Position numbers and translations under genes: made by a program. Positions 22,801 through 32,767 of a stretch of DNA of 64,000 bases are shown one piece after another; positions within the stretch are counted from its first letter, which is position 1; each line of letters starts with the position of its first letter. Source of the stretch: Prasinococcaceae sp. CCMP 1430 (taxonomy: Eukaryota; Plantae; Prasinodermophyta); NCBI GenBank assembly GCA_013416795.1, contig RQSC01000869.1:1-64000 (forward strand), given 5' to 3'. The notes under the pieces were generated by a model. The model was given only the letters and a program-made list of their open reading frames with translations, searched no databases and had not been told where the DNA came from.

Positions 22801-25050
22801 TTGGTTGCGTTTAGCAGCGCCTCTGACGTAGGTACGACGAACGGCCAGCGAAAGCGCTTGAAGTCACCCTCTGCCCACGAGTGTGTCGGCGGCACCGCCC
22901 GCGGCAGCACCGGGTCGTCGTCAAGCGCAGCATCGAGCGAATCGTCCGGCATGTAGGCCATCTCGTCGGCGGGCTCATCGGCAGGCTCGTCTGCAGGTGC
23001 AGGCACGACAGACACTTCGGAGGGGTCGCCGACTACCCATGACCATGGTACTCCAGCCTGACCAAGGCAGCGATACATCGCCTCGTTGGCAGGGAGACGT
23101 ACGTAGTACTGCTCGAAAACAGCCGCCATCGCTCTGCTGCCATCCACGCCGCCTGGCCCGAACAGCTCGAGCGCACGCGGCGAAGCGTCCGCAGTGCTCA
23201 CGAAAGCGTCGTCCGAAGCCAGGCACGCCATCGCCCGCGCGAGCAGTGCTCGCTCGGATATGCGCTCCGTGGGCGGCGGCGCGCATGCTGAATGTTCGAT
23301 TGCACATAGCGGGCACTCAAATTCGCAGCCCGTGCCAACATATCCGCTGTCGCATTCACAGACTGCCCGCTCTTCTCCAGGAATGGTGAAGTTGTCAAGC
23401 AGACACCTGCCATTGGCATACGGCGGGCAGGGGCATTGCAGGCTGCACGTGGATCCCATGTAGCCCGCGTCGCACTTGCACACCGTGGCGCGCGCGCCGT
23501 CCGCGTCTGCGCTGAGCACACATATCGAGTGAGCGAAGTCGCACGCAGGGCATGCAAACTCGCACTTTCCCCCCGCCCAGCCCTCGTAGCATGCGCACTC
23601 GCCTCCATTGACGTATCCATGGTTGGAGCAAGCAACAGTGCAGTTCTCGCCTGAATACAGGGCATTGCACTCACACTTCAGCGCCGGCGTATGCGCAGTG
23701 CCTTCAGGCGCGAAAGCATCGCCGCGTGAGCCAGCGCGGTGTTAGGGGTGCACGGGTGAGTAGGGCCGCCCGCGCTCGCGTCTCCTCCCCGAGTAGTGGA
23801 GCGCGCAACTCACCTTCATCGGCTTCCTCGATCACTTTGTCCTGCGAGGGTACCAGCGCGCCATTGCCAGCGCACGGAGGTATCTCGCACAGGTCTCCCT
23901 CGTAGCCCGTGTCGCAGTCGCACCTGCTGCCATTCGCGGCCGCGACGCCGTGCCCCGAGCACACCGCAGGCAGCGGCACGGTGAAGTCCGCACCAACGCG
24001 CTCGATGGCATCGACATGCACTTCGACCGTGGCCTCGGTCGAGGCACCGGACATGTCATCCACGCGCACCAGCACCACGCGCGTGACGTTTGAGGTGGGC
24101 GCATACGCCCCGTTGCGATAGCGGAGCGTGCGCAGCACGCGCAGGTAATTGTGTAGGTGGTCGGGTCCGCGCATCACGACGTGTGTGCCGTTGCCGGCGT
24201 CTACGGAGATGGACGTGTCCAGGGCGCTTACCGAGAGTGTCTCTGCAGCACCATCCGGCGCCTCCACGATGCTTGCGCTGGCGCTCATGAGCAGCTTGTC
24301 ATCCGCGTCGGTCAGGGTGGCGTCATGATGCACCAGGGACACGGAGAGCTTGCGCTCTGCCTCGGAGAGCCGCACAGAGTACGATGTGCCGGGGAGGTCG
24401 GGCCCGTTGATATCGAGCAGTGGCGGGTCGTTGACAGCTACGAGCGTGACGACGGCGACAGCCGGCAGGCTCATCGCTCCCGAGGCGTCGCGCACGCGCG
24501 TGACCACCACGCGTGGCGCCAGGTCGGGCGCGCGCCCGATGTGGCGGTAGCGGACAGATCCCAGCGCCTCCTCGAACGCCTCCGCGGACGCCGTGAACAC
24601 GCCGCCGGTCGCCGCGAGGGCGGCAGCAGGCGCATCAGGATCGCTGCGCGGCGTAAGGACAAGCGTGTGCGTGTCCGCGTCGTAGCTTGCCTCTATGAAG
24701 TCCTGCACGAGCGACGGCGGGTCATGCAGCACGAGCTCCTCGTCGCGGCCATCGCGTGCGTTGGTGACTGTGACAGTGGCGCCCGCAAGCGCGGCACCGT
24801 ACCCCACGACGCCGCTCGGCGCGACCGACGGCGCGGCGCCGCACACAGCGGCGCCGACAGAGTCGCCCTCTGCGAACTCGACCGCCATCGTTGGAGCGCC
24901 CGGATTGGACGGGTCGAGCAGCACCGCGGGCGCATCGTTGGCCAGCTCTACCTCCTGCGGGTCCGCGCCGCGTGCAAGCGCGGCGAGCGTGACGAGCAGC
25001 AGAGCGAGCGGCGGCGCGCGCGCGGCGCGCATGCCCATAATACGCGCCAT
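16882..25050 (-). CDS. Giant secreted mosaic protein (~2,598 aa): signal peptide, cadherin/Ig-like repeats, many EGF repeats, laminin-IV(B)-like domain, Myxococcus-type Cys-rich repeat; exons 25050-23814, 23701-21693, 21566-20265, 20130-16882
   Basis: The four ORFs splice via GT-AG introns into 7797 nt (2599 codons). Signal peptide PPLALLLVTLAALARG; repeated C.C..GW.G..C EGF motifs; SDFALGSDGW..YFRAPLAFLGDKSGVYNLTLTYEL..ELLIRADYY laminin-IV signature; terminal CGNFVKEGYEECDSG..EGCSDDC.IVPGYEC. Confidence 0.85.
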
Positions 25051-25572
25051 GGATCCCTACTTCCCGCCCTCGCCACCCCTTTCACCCCTTTCACCCCTGT
25101 CGCGTGCTCCCCCGCCGCGGCATCTCACACCCGCTTCGGAAGCAGTGCTCGCCGCTCAGACGCGCACACGTGCGGGCGAGCGGCAAAAGCGCGCGGGCGC
25201 GCGCGGGCGCGGGCAGCAGCAAGGGGAGGGGGTTGAAGAGGGATGGACTGCAGGGGGGTGGGGCGGCGCAGCCCCCCCTGTGGCGTGGCGGGCGCCGCGG
25301 CCCCCGTTGTGGCGCGGCGGGCGGCGCAGCGGCAGCCCTGTGCCTGCCGTGATGAGCGAGAGACCGAGTTGCCTCCGTCAGCCAGTTCAAAAAAAAGTCG
25401 CCGAAAATGGGATGGAGAGAAAAACACTGTGGCAGAACTTAAAGTACTGAACTCTGTGCTCACCTAGCACTACTTGTCGGTGCATATGCACCCGCCACCA
25501 CGACTGCGAGCGCCACCTCTTGTTGGGCACGTGGCTGCTGTCGATACCACTGTCGCATTCTAGAACGACGCA

Positions 25573-26907
25573 TCAGCGCCACACATTGCCCGCTTTCTCC
25601 ATGGGCTTGTGTGTCCTCGTGCGATTTGGGTCTCTCTTGGCACGCTCGGGTGGCCGCGGCACGCCCCTGGTAACGCACCCGGAGCGGAAGCGCACGCCCA
25701 CCAGGCCCTCGTTGCCGCCGTCCCATATGCACACCTTGTGGAGGCGCGCGGCGGGAACGATCGCATCGATATAGGCGGTGTGCAGCTCAAACTTTGCAGC
25801 GAGCCGCTCGAAGCGACGGTCAGGTCCGAGCTCCAGCTCGTCGCGGTCGCAAGCGGCGCTGATGGTCTCCCACGCCTCGGCGGCGTCGCCGGCGGCCATC
25901 ATGCACTCCCCCAAATTGAACCAAGAGTGCGCCTTCGCGGCGTACTGCGGCTTGCAGATGGGAGTCCCACCATGGCCGTGGCCGTCGCGCGCCTGGCTCC
26001 AAGCGACGCCCTCGCGCAGCGATTCCATGATGCGCATCTGAGGCCCAGCGAGCGCCAAGACGTCGCTCGCGAAATAGCCCCAAGGCGAGTCCGACACGTG
26101 CTGCGTGCCGCTACGCAGCGCCCTCCAAAGGCCACGCGCGGTGGCAGGGGCCATGGTGGACGCGCGGCAGTCTCGCTCGCCCGTGTTGACCACTTTTTGC
26201 TTGGCACACGCGTCCATGTCGCGAAAGCCGTACTTTGTGATCTGCAGCAAGTCGTACAAGCCTCTTTCGGTAATGGCGTGGAACTTGTTGCGCAGGAGGC
26301 CGAAGTGCGCTCCTGCAGCGGCTTCGGTGAGTGAGAACCATACTCCGTGCGTGCCAGTAGTTCCCTGCCCGAGGTTGATGATCACGTCGCCGTCCGTGAC
26401 GGGGGGCAGCAGGGCCGTCTCATTGCCGAGGGAGGGAGACGTGGGCGAGGTGCCTGTCGCAGGGTCAGGTGGAGGCAGCCCCAGCGTCTCAACGCCGGTG
26501 ATCGCTGCCACCTTGGCGCGCATGGCTTCGAAGCCGGTGCCATCGGATAGCAAGCCACTCGAGCAGTTGCTGTCCTCAGGCAGGTCTCTTCTCCACCTGC
26601 CACTCTCGTGGCCCCAGTCCCAAAGCGGGTTGGCGCCCGCATCTGCCACAGCGGCTGCGTCCCAGAGGCGCACGGCCTCGCGCTTGGGCTCCTTGCAATT
26701 TCGGGGCAGTGGACCCAGCGGCGCAGGAACGTCCGATCCGCCGACCTCGCCGGGCGTGGCTGCGGTGGTCGCGGACATGACCGCCAGAGCAAAGTGCTGG
26801 CCCAGGAGGAGCACCAGCAGCAGGAGGGGCGCGCCCCCCCCCTTCGCCGTCGCGGTTCGCGCGCTCGGCCTCACATTCGCGCCGCGCTGTCCGCCCTCCG
26901 CCCGCAT
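25573..26907 (-). CDS. Sulfotransferase-like (P-loop) type II membrane protein; 3' end uncertain (25573, or 25460 if spliced)
   Basis: N-terminal hydrophobic segment LLLLVLLLGQHFALAV; VIINLGQGTTGTHGV (PAPS 5'-phosphosulfate-loop-like), HVSDSPW, RIMESLREGVAWSQAR (3'-phosphate-binding-like), the motif order of Sulfotransfer_4-type proteins. Confidence 0.6.
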   Translation of the reverse strand: MRAEGGQRGANVRPSARTATAKGGGAPLLLLVLLLGQHFALAVMSATTAATPGEVGGSDVPAPLGPLPRNCKEPKREAVRLWDAAAVADAGANPLWDWGHESGRWRRDLPEDSNCSSGLLSDGTGFEAMRAKVAAITGVETLGLPPPDPATGTSPTSPSLGNETALLPPVTDGDVIINLGQGTTGTHGVWFSLTEAAAGAHFGLLRNKFHAITERGLYDLLQITKYGFRDMDACAKQKVVNTGERDCRASTMAPATARGLWRALRSGTQHVSDSPWGYFASDVLALAGPQMRIMESLREGVAWSQARDGHGHGGTPICKPQYAAKAHSWFNLGECMMAAGDAAEAWETISAACDRDELELGPDRRFERLAAKFELHTAYIDAIVPAARLHKVCIWDGGNEGLVGVRFRSGCVTRGVPRPPERAKRDPNRTRTHKPMEKAGNVWR

Positions 26908-27256
26908 GGCTCCCCTCGCCGCCTCCGCGCCCCCCACCCGCCGTGTGGGTGCACGCGCGCGCGCCCGCGGCCCCTTTCCGCTTCCACCCTCCCTCCCCGC
27001 GACGCGCGCGCTGTGGGCCGGGGGTGTTAGCGCGCCGCGCCGCCGCCGCGCCCGATGAACGGGCGCGCGCTGTCAACCGCGCGACCATCGGCAGCTGCGA
27101 ACCGAAGAGCGCCACTCCCGGCCGTCGAAACGGGGCGGGCGGCGCGCCAAACCCAGTCAATCGCCTGGTCAAACGACGCCACCGCTCCCGGACGGGGCGA
27201 ACGACGCGCGGATTCTCCCGGGTGTCGCCGAGGGTTCAAATGAACCCTGATAATAA

Positions 27257-27280
27257 TAACCTAAATCCTAACCTAAATCC
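27257..27280 (+). repeat. Tandem 12-bp telomere-like repeat (TAACCTAAATCC x2) in a divergent promoter
   Basis: taacctaaatcc taacctaaatcc, AT-rich, between the sulfotransferase-like gene and UBXN11. Confidence 0.6.
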
Positions 27281-27774
27281 AGCGCTTGCGTTTGGTCCGC
27301 CCGTCTGCGCGCCGGCCGCGCGGCGCACCGGCGGGCCGATCGTCGATCGAATCGAGGGCGCCCGCGCGGCGACGCGCGGCGACGCCGCGGCCGAACCGGA
27401 TCGAATCCTGGCTCACGAGGGGGCGCGGCGGCGGCGGGCGGGCGCCGGGGCGGAGCGGGCACTTTTGTCCGATCGGGGAGCGGTCGGGTGCGTTGCGTTC
27501 CCCGACCGGCCAGGCGACCGACGGACGGGGCGAGGGGGAGGCGCCGAGGGGCACAGACAGAGTGGCCGGCGCGGCGAGTGCGCGGCGGGTGCGCCGGGCG
27601 GCGCGGATAGGCCATGCGGTCTCGGATGGCTGTCAGGACGGTGGTGGCGGCGGCGGTTTGCAGCCTGCACCATAGTCGCAGCTGCAGCGAACGCTGCTGC
27701 TGCGGGAATTTCGCGCGCACTGTTGCGCAGGTGGGTGGGGACCGATCGGTGGGTGGGGCGAGGGCGCTTCGGCG

Positions 27775-29484
27775 ATGGCGTCGTCGTCCGAGCGCGAGCG
27801 CGCCGCGCGTGCCGCGCGCGACGCGTTTGGCAAGCTCGATCGGCTGCGCGCTGCGGTCGCGCGGGGGCGGTTTAATCCGCGCTCTGAGCCCACCGACGCC
27901 ATCATCGACCGCAAGCTGCTCGCAAACCTGCGCAGGGACCCGCCGGGCAAGCCAGACGCCGTGGGTCAGGCCGCGCTGGACAAGGCCAAAGGTGGTAGGC
28001 CCACAGACAGCCACGGCCAGAGCAGTGGCGACAGCGGCAGCAGCGCCAGCGGCAGCGGCAGCGGCAGCCCGACCGACGACTTCGGTGCCAAGCTGGTGTC
28101 GCGCCTCGCTGCGCTCGAGCGCGCGCACGCGTCGCTCAGTGCCGAGTGCGAGGCGTTGCGTGTGGACAATGCCGCACTGCGGCGCAGACTGTCGTCGTCG
28201 GGCAGCACAGGTGATGCTGAGGGGCCGGGAGGGCCACCCGCGCCGCGCGGCTCGACGTGTCAGGGTGGCGACGCGGTGTTCTGGCACGCAGAGGCCCAGG
28301 CCGCCAAGCACACAGTCGCGGAGATGCAGCGCTTCCTGGCAGACTACGGCATGCGATGGGTAGGTGGTGGGGGTGGCGTGTCTGACCAGATCAAGAGTGC
28401 CGGCAAGGCGGAGGGACCCGAGGTCAGCGGGGCGAAGGATCCATTGGTGGCCGCCGCGCTCGCGCGCGCGCCGGCCGATGGCGGTGGGGGTGGCAGCAGC
28501 AGCGTGGACACACGTGGGTACACGCGCTGCCCCCTGGACATGGGTAAGCTCGCCGCCAGCGTGAGCGAGCTGAACGCCATGGTGGGTGAAGGGAAAGCAG
28601 AGGTGGGTGCAGGTGGTCGCCCCGGCGAGGCGCGCTTGCGCGAGGGCGAGACTCTGGTGCTGTGCGTGTACGCCGACGGCTTCTCGCTGGGCGCCGGGCG
28701 GCTGCGCCCCTGGCACGAGAAGGCCACGCGCGCATTCATGCGCGACATGCTCGACGGGTACTTCCCCTACGAGCTGAAGGACTCCCATCCAGATGGCGTC
28801 GCCTTCAAATTGGTAGATAGTAGCGACATGGCCTTCGCGGATGCCGCCAAGGCCGCCAAGGACGTCGCAGCCAAGCGCGGGAACGTGCGCGGGCTGGCGA
28901 GCCTCGAGGAAGCGCCCGTGCAGCTGGGACGCACGCAGTACCTCAGCAAGCTCCCCGAGGCGGTCATTCGCAACGGCAAGGTGGTTAACGTGCGCGCTGA
29001 GGTCGCCGCACTCATGGGGAAGGGTGACGGCGCCAAGGTGGTGGCAGACGGCGCGGGCGCAGGCGCGGGCGGCAGCGGTAGCGGTAGCGGTGCCAGTGCC
29101 AGGAGCGGGGCTTGGCGGAGCGGTGGCGATGAGGGCCGCGACAGGAGCGGGGGCTCAGTGGTCATCCCCACGCCGCTTTCGCGCGTGCCACCCGCTGACC
29201 GCAAGAGCGTCGCCACGCTCAACGTGCGCGGTGAGGACGGCGCCGAGCGCTACGTGCTAGTGTTGTCGCCCACCGATACGGTGGGTGATTTGCGGCGCTA
29301 CCTGGACGAACACCGCTCACGCACCAAGGCTGCGCATAGGGCAGGCGCGTACGAGATCCGCAGCGCTTTCCCCGCACGCGCGTACGAGCACGCCGCCGAA
29401 ACCCTTGCGGATGCGGGGCTTGTCCCCAGCGCGGCGCTCTTCCTGAAGGCGAAGGACGACGAGTGGGCCAACCCGCTGCTATGA
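27775..29484 (+). CDS. UBXN11: UBX domain protein 11 (Socius)-like p97 cofactor: coiled coil, SEP, UBX
   Basis: EMQRFLADYGMRWVG; SEP-like LCVYADGF..LRP..FMRDMLDGYFPYELKDSHPDGV; LSKLPEAVIRNGKVVNVR; UBX C-terminus YEIRSAFPARAY..TLADAGLVPSAALFL. Confidence 0.85.
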   Translation: MASSSERERAARAARDAFGKLDRLRAAVARGRFNPRSEPTDAIIDRKLLANLRRDPPGKPDAVGQAALDKAKGGRPTDSHGQSSGDSGSSASGSGSGSPTDDFGAKLVSRLAALERAHASLSAECEALRVDNAALRRRLSSSGSTGDAEGPGGPPAPRGSTCQGGDAVFWHAEAQAAKHTVAEMQRFLADYGMRWVGGGGGVSDQIKSAGKAEGPEVSGAKDPLVAAALARAPADGGGGGSSSVDTRGYTRCPLDMGKLAASVSELNAMVGEGKAEVGAGGRPGEARLREGETLVLCVYADGFSLGAGRLRPWHEKATRAFMRDMLDGYFPYELKDSHPDGVAFKLVDSSDMAFADAAKAAKDVAAKRGNVRGLASLEEAPVQLGRTQYLSKLPEAVIRNGKVVNVRAEVAALMGKGDGAKVVADGAGAGAGGSGSGSGASARSGAWRSGGDEGRDRSGGSVVIPTPLSRVPPADRKSVATLNVRGEDGAERYVLVLSPTDTVGDLRRYLDEHRSRTKAAHRAGAYEIRSAFPARAYEHAAETLADAGLVPSAALFLKAKDDEWANPLL

Positions 29485-29714
29485 GCTTGCGCGAAGGCGC
29501 CAGCCGGCGCCGTATTCCTGTACACACACATTTTGAGTATCAGGGCAAGCGGCGCGCGCTCGCTCCTTCGTCCGCGGTGTGCCGAGAGGAGAGACGTAGA
29601 TTGTTGTGTGTGTTACGAGACTGCTGTGTGTGCATTCATGAGCACGCGCAGACCTGGGATACCGTTCGCACCTTGCAGGAGCACCAGCTCCCGAGGGAGC
29701 GCCAATGGATTCGT

Positions 29715-31184
29715 TCACGCGACCATGCCTTGGATCATGCGCTTGATCTTGCCGTCGTTGTGCATGAGCTCAGCACGCGCCGCAGCAATTTTGGCCTCCA
29801 TGGCAGCAACTTCGTCATCGAGCTCACGGCGCTGGCCCTCGAAGCCGGCGGTGATGTCTTCAGTGGCACGGCGCTCCTCGTCGACCCGTCCTGCGTACGC
29901 TCTCTCCTCGCTCACCCAGAATGCCATCTCCTTGGCCATGTTGACGAGATCCTCCTGAAGGTAGTCGATGACCTTGCCTAGCGGTGTAGTGGACTGCACG
30001 AGCGACTGCACTGCATCCTTGATGGCACCCACCTCCTCCATCTTGCGCACCGACGCACCCGCCATGTCCTGACTGGTCCCCTTGCCGCCCTGCGCTGCAC
30101 CCGACTGCACCCGAGCTGAGCTTCCCTTGCGTCGCGACTTGATGACAATGCCGGGCCCCATGTCGTCCTCGCCCTCAGGCACAGCGGCGCCGGCCGCGTC
30201 GGTGAGCTCGCTCTTCGCCGCAACGATATCGCGCACGAGCTTGCCCGCACCCTCCACACTCGCCGCAGGCGCATCGACGTCGCCAGTCACCACCACCACC
30301 TCGGTGTCATCGTCGTCATCCCCCTCGCCCTCGCCGATCACGGCCACTGCGGGCACCGCGCCGGCCACCGGGCCGGCCGCTGGTGGGCCCGTGCGCCCCG
30401 CGGTCGCGGCGTCATCCTCGGCCATCTTGCTGCGCACCACGGGCACAGGCGCCGTGCCGCCGACCTTGCGCGCCGACACGTCAGTCGACTTCACCTTGGG
30501 CGGTGCTCTGCGGGCTGACGACGGCCGCTGCGGCGTCTTGCGCTGCGCGGGCGCCCCAATCTCGCGCCGGGGGTCGTCGTCCATGCGCGCTTGCTGGTGC
30601 GTCTGCCGCTCCTGCTCCTCCTGTTGCCGCTGCCGTCGCTGCCTACGCTCCTCCCGCGCGGCCTCCCCCTGCTGCTCCAGAGCACCAGCATCGGCCTCCG
30701 GCTCCTGCGGTGGTAGCGCGGGCGCAGGCGCACCGACATTGGTCATGGGAGCCATCTCGCCCATGCGCGCGCGCTCGACCGCGCTCGCGCTGACGTCGGC
30801 GCCAAGATGCGCGGCCCTGGCCAGCTGCTGCAGGAAGGCGTTGGTGTGCTCGGGCTCCAGGCCGGCCACGACCTTGCCCGGGCGCATCGTCACCGCCTCA
30901 CCGAGCGCTAGTCCGACGCATGCCATGATCTGCGCGCGGCGCACTGTCAGTTGCAGCCTCAGTGTGTATGGGCTACCCTACTGGCACTCGAGAGATCGCA
31001 TACATGGCCGAGCCACTCTGTTGCTCTCTGTCACACACGCGCGCGCTCTCGTGCTTGCACTGCGCCGCACACAGGTACGCACCTTGTTGAGGTACGCCAC
31101 CTTGAGCTCCTTGCCCTTGATGGCGCTTGCGTTCGACTCGCTCTCGTCGTACAACCCTTCGGCGAAGCCAGTGCTTCGTGTCAC
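29715..31184 (-). CDS. IFT54: Intraflagellar transport protein IFT54/TRAF3IP1 (5' exon not found); exons 31184-31083, 30929-29715
   Basis: CH-domain part TGFAEGLY..KELKVAYLNK|IMACV..KVVAGLEPEHTNAFLQ; C-terminal coiled coil QSLVQSTTPLGKVIDYLQEDLVNMAKEMAFW. The expected KPPFRFLHD exon is not visible. Confidence 0.88.
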
Positions 31185-32767
31185 CTGGAATTGGCGCCGG
31201 CCGCGTCAGAGACGCACGCAGGGAGCGCGCCCGCGGGCAGCGACGGAGGCGGCAAGAGCGCCTTTTCCCGCGCGCCTTTTCAGCGGAATAAATTTGAATA
31301 AATCAACGGCGACCTGCGGGTTGCCCCTGCGCGGTCCGCCGCGGGTGACGCCGCGTGAGGCGCGTGGCTCGCGTGCACACCCGTCCGGTGGGGACTACAC
31401 CACACCCACATATTGGACGCCCACCCCCCCACAAAGGGCGCCACGCACCGCGCGGCGCCGAGCACCGTGCGCTACCTGCCCGCCCCCTCAGCACGCGCGC
31501 GAACGGAGACGCCGACAAGAGCAAATAAACAAAAAAAGGTTGCGGCCGCCGCCGCCCGCCGGAGCATCTCGCCCCCCGCCCGACTCCCCTCCCGCCCGAC
31601 GCGCGCTCAGCTGGAGGCCGCGGCTCGCGCGCCGTGTGCCGCCCTGCCCGGCAGCCCGGCACTGCCGCTTCTTTTTCCAAAAAAAACAAAACGCGGAACG
31701 CGCGCGCGAAATGCCACGCGGCGACGGCGGGGACCTGTGCATTCGTACGCTAATGTATCCTCACCCGCGCGGCGAAAACACGGAACGAGGTGCACAAAAA
31801 TCAGAATTGGGAAGTGCTCGGGCGTGCGTGGCGTGAACGATGGTCCGACTATAATATACGGTCGGCCGGCCGGCCATCAGAGTCAACAACGCAAAAAGAA
31901 CGGAGTGCGTCCGGAGGTGCACGGCGCATGCGAGTTCGAAATGTCCTATTTCACATCCGCAAATCCGCGCGAAACAAAAGCAGAAAGGTGCACCCGAGCG
32001 CTCCGATCCAAAAAGCGCGCCCGCGCAGGGTGTTGTGGTGTCGGCCGCGCACGCCGCAGCCGACGCCGGCGGCGCCGACGCCACAGCGGCGCAGAGCGCG
32101 CGCGCGCGCGCGGGCGCGGACTGGCGCGCGCCAAAAGCGTGCTGGGACTGACCGACTGACCCACTCAACCGCTCTCACCACAGAACGCGTGCATTTTTTT
32201 TTTTTGACCGAGGGTTCCTCCTTGATCGGCGCGATCGCATCGTCGCCATTCGGATGTACGCCCCAGTGAATTCGGGTCCCGACGGCGCGGCGCGCGGCGC
32301 GGGCGCGGAGCTTCGCCCAGCCGCGCATCCACGCCTCGCGCGCCGCGCGTGCGCGCGTGCGTTGCCGTAGCAGCTGCGCACACGGGGACCGTACCGTACG
32401 TTACGGTTGCGGATATTTGGGTTATTACATAGGGTCTACAACCAGATTCAAGGAGCAGCAGCGATCTCCGCTCTGTGTTCGCTCATCAAATTTGCTGGCG
32501 CTCTCCGCGCCGATTTTTTTGCGGGCAGGGGGTGGGGGGGGGGGCGAGCGCGCGCCACACGGCGCGCGCCTGACGCCGGGCCAGGGGGGGGTAGCGCACG
32601 CTCACGCCGCGCGCGGCGGGGATCTCGCGGCGGCCGCGGGCTGCGCGCCGATCCCTGCGGAGTACTCGGACGCAACGACGGTTGTCGACGGCGGCAGCGG
32701 CGGGGGAGACGGGCGATGCGCCGGCACCGCGGCAGGCCAGTCAGCCGGCGCGGGCGAAGAGGTGCAG

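Noticed and set aside
16882-25050. True laminin ortholog, or four separate genes
   Set aside because: No laminin N-terminal domain or long coiled coil. The four ORFs splice cleanly into one reading frame.
32440-32500. U14-like snoRNA antisense element (GCTGCTGCTCCTTGAA, minus strand)
   Set aside because: Imperfect complementarity to 18S rRNA and no terminal box D.
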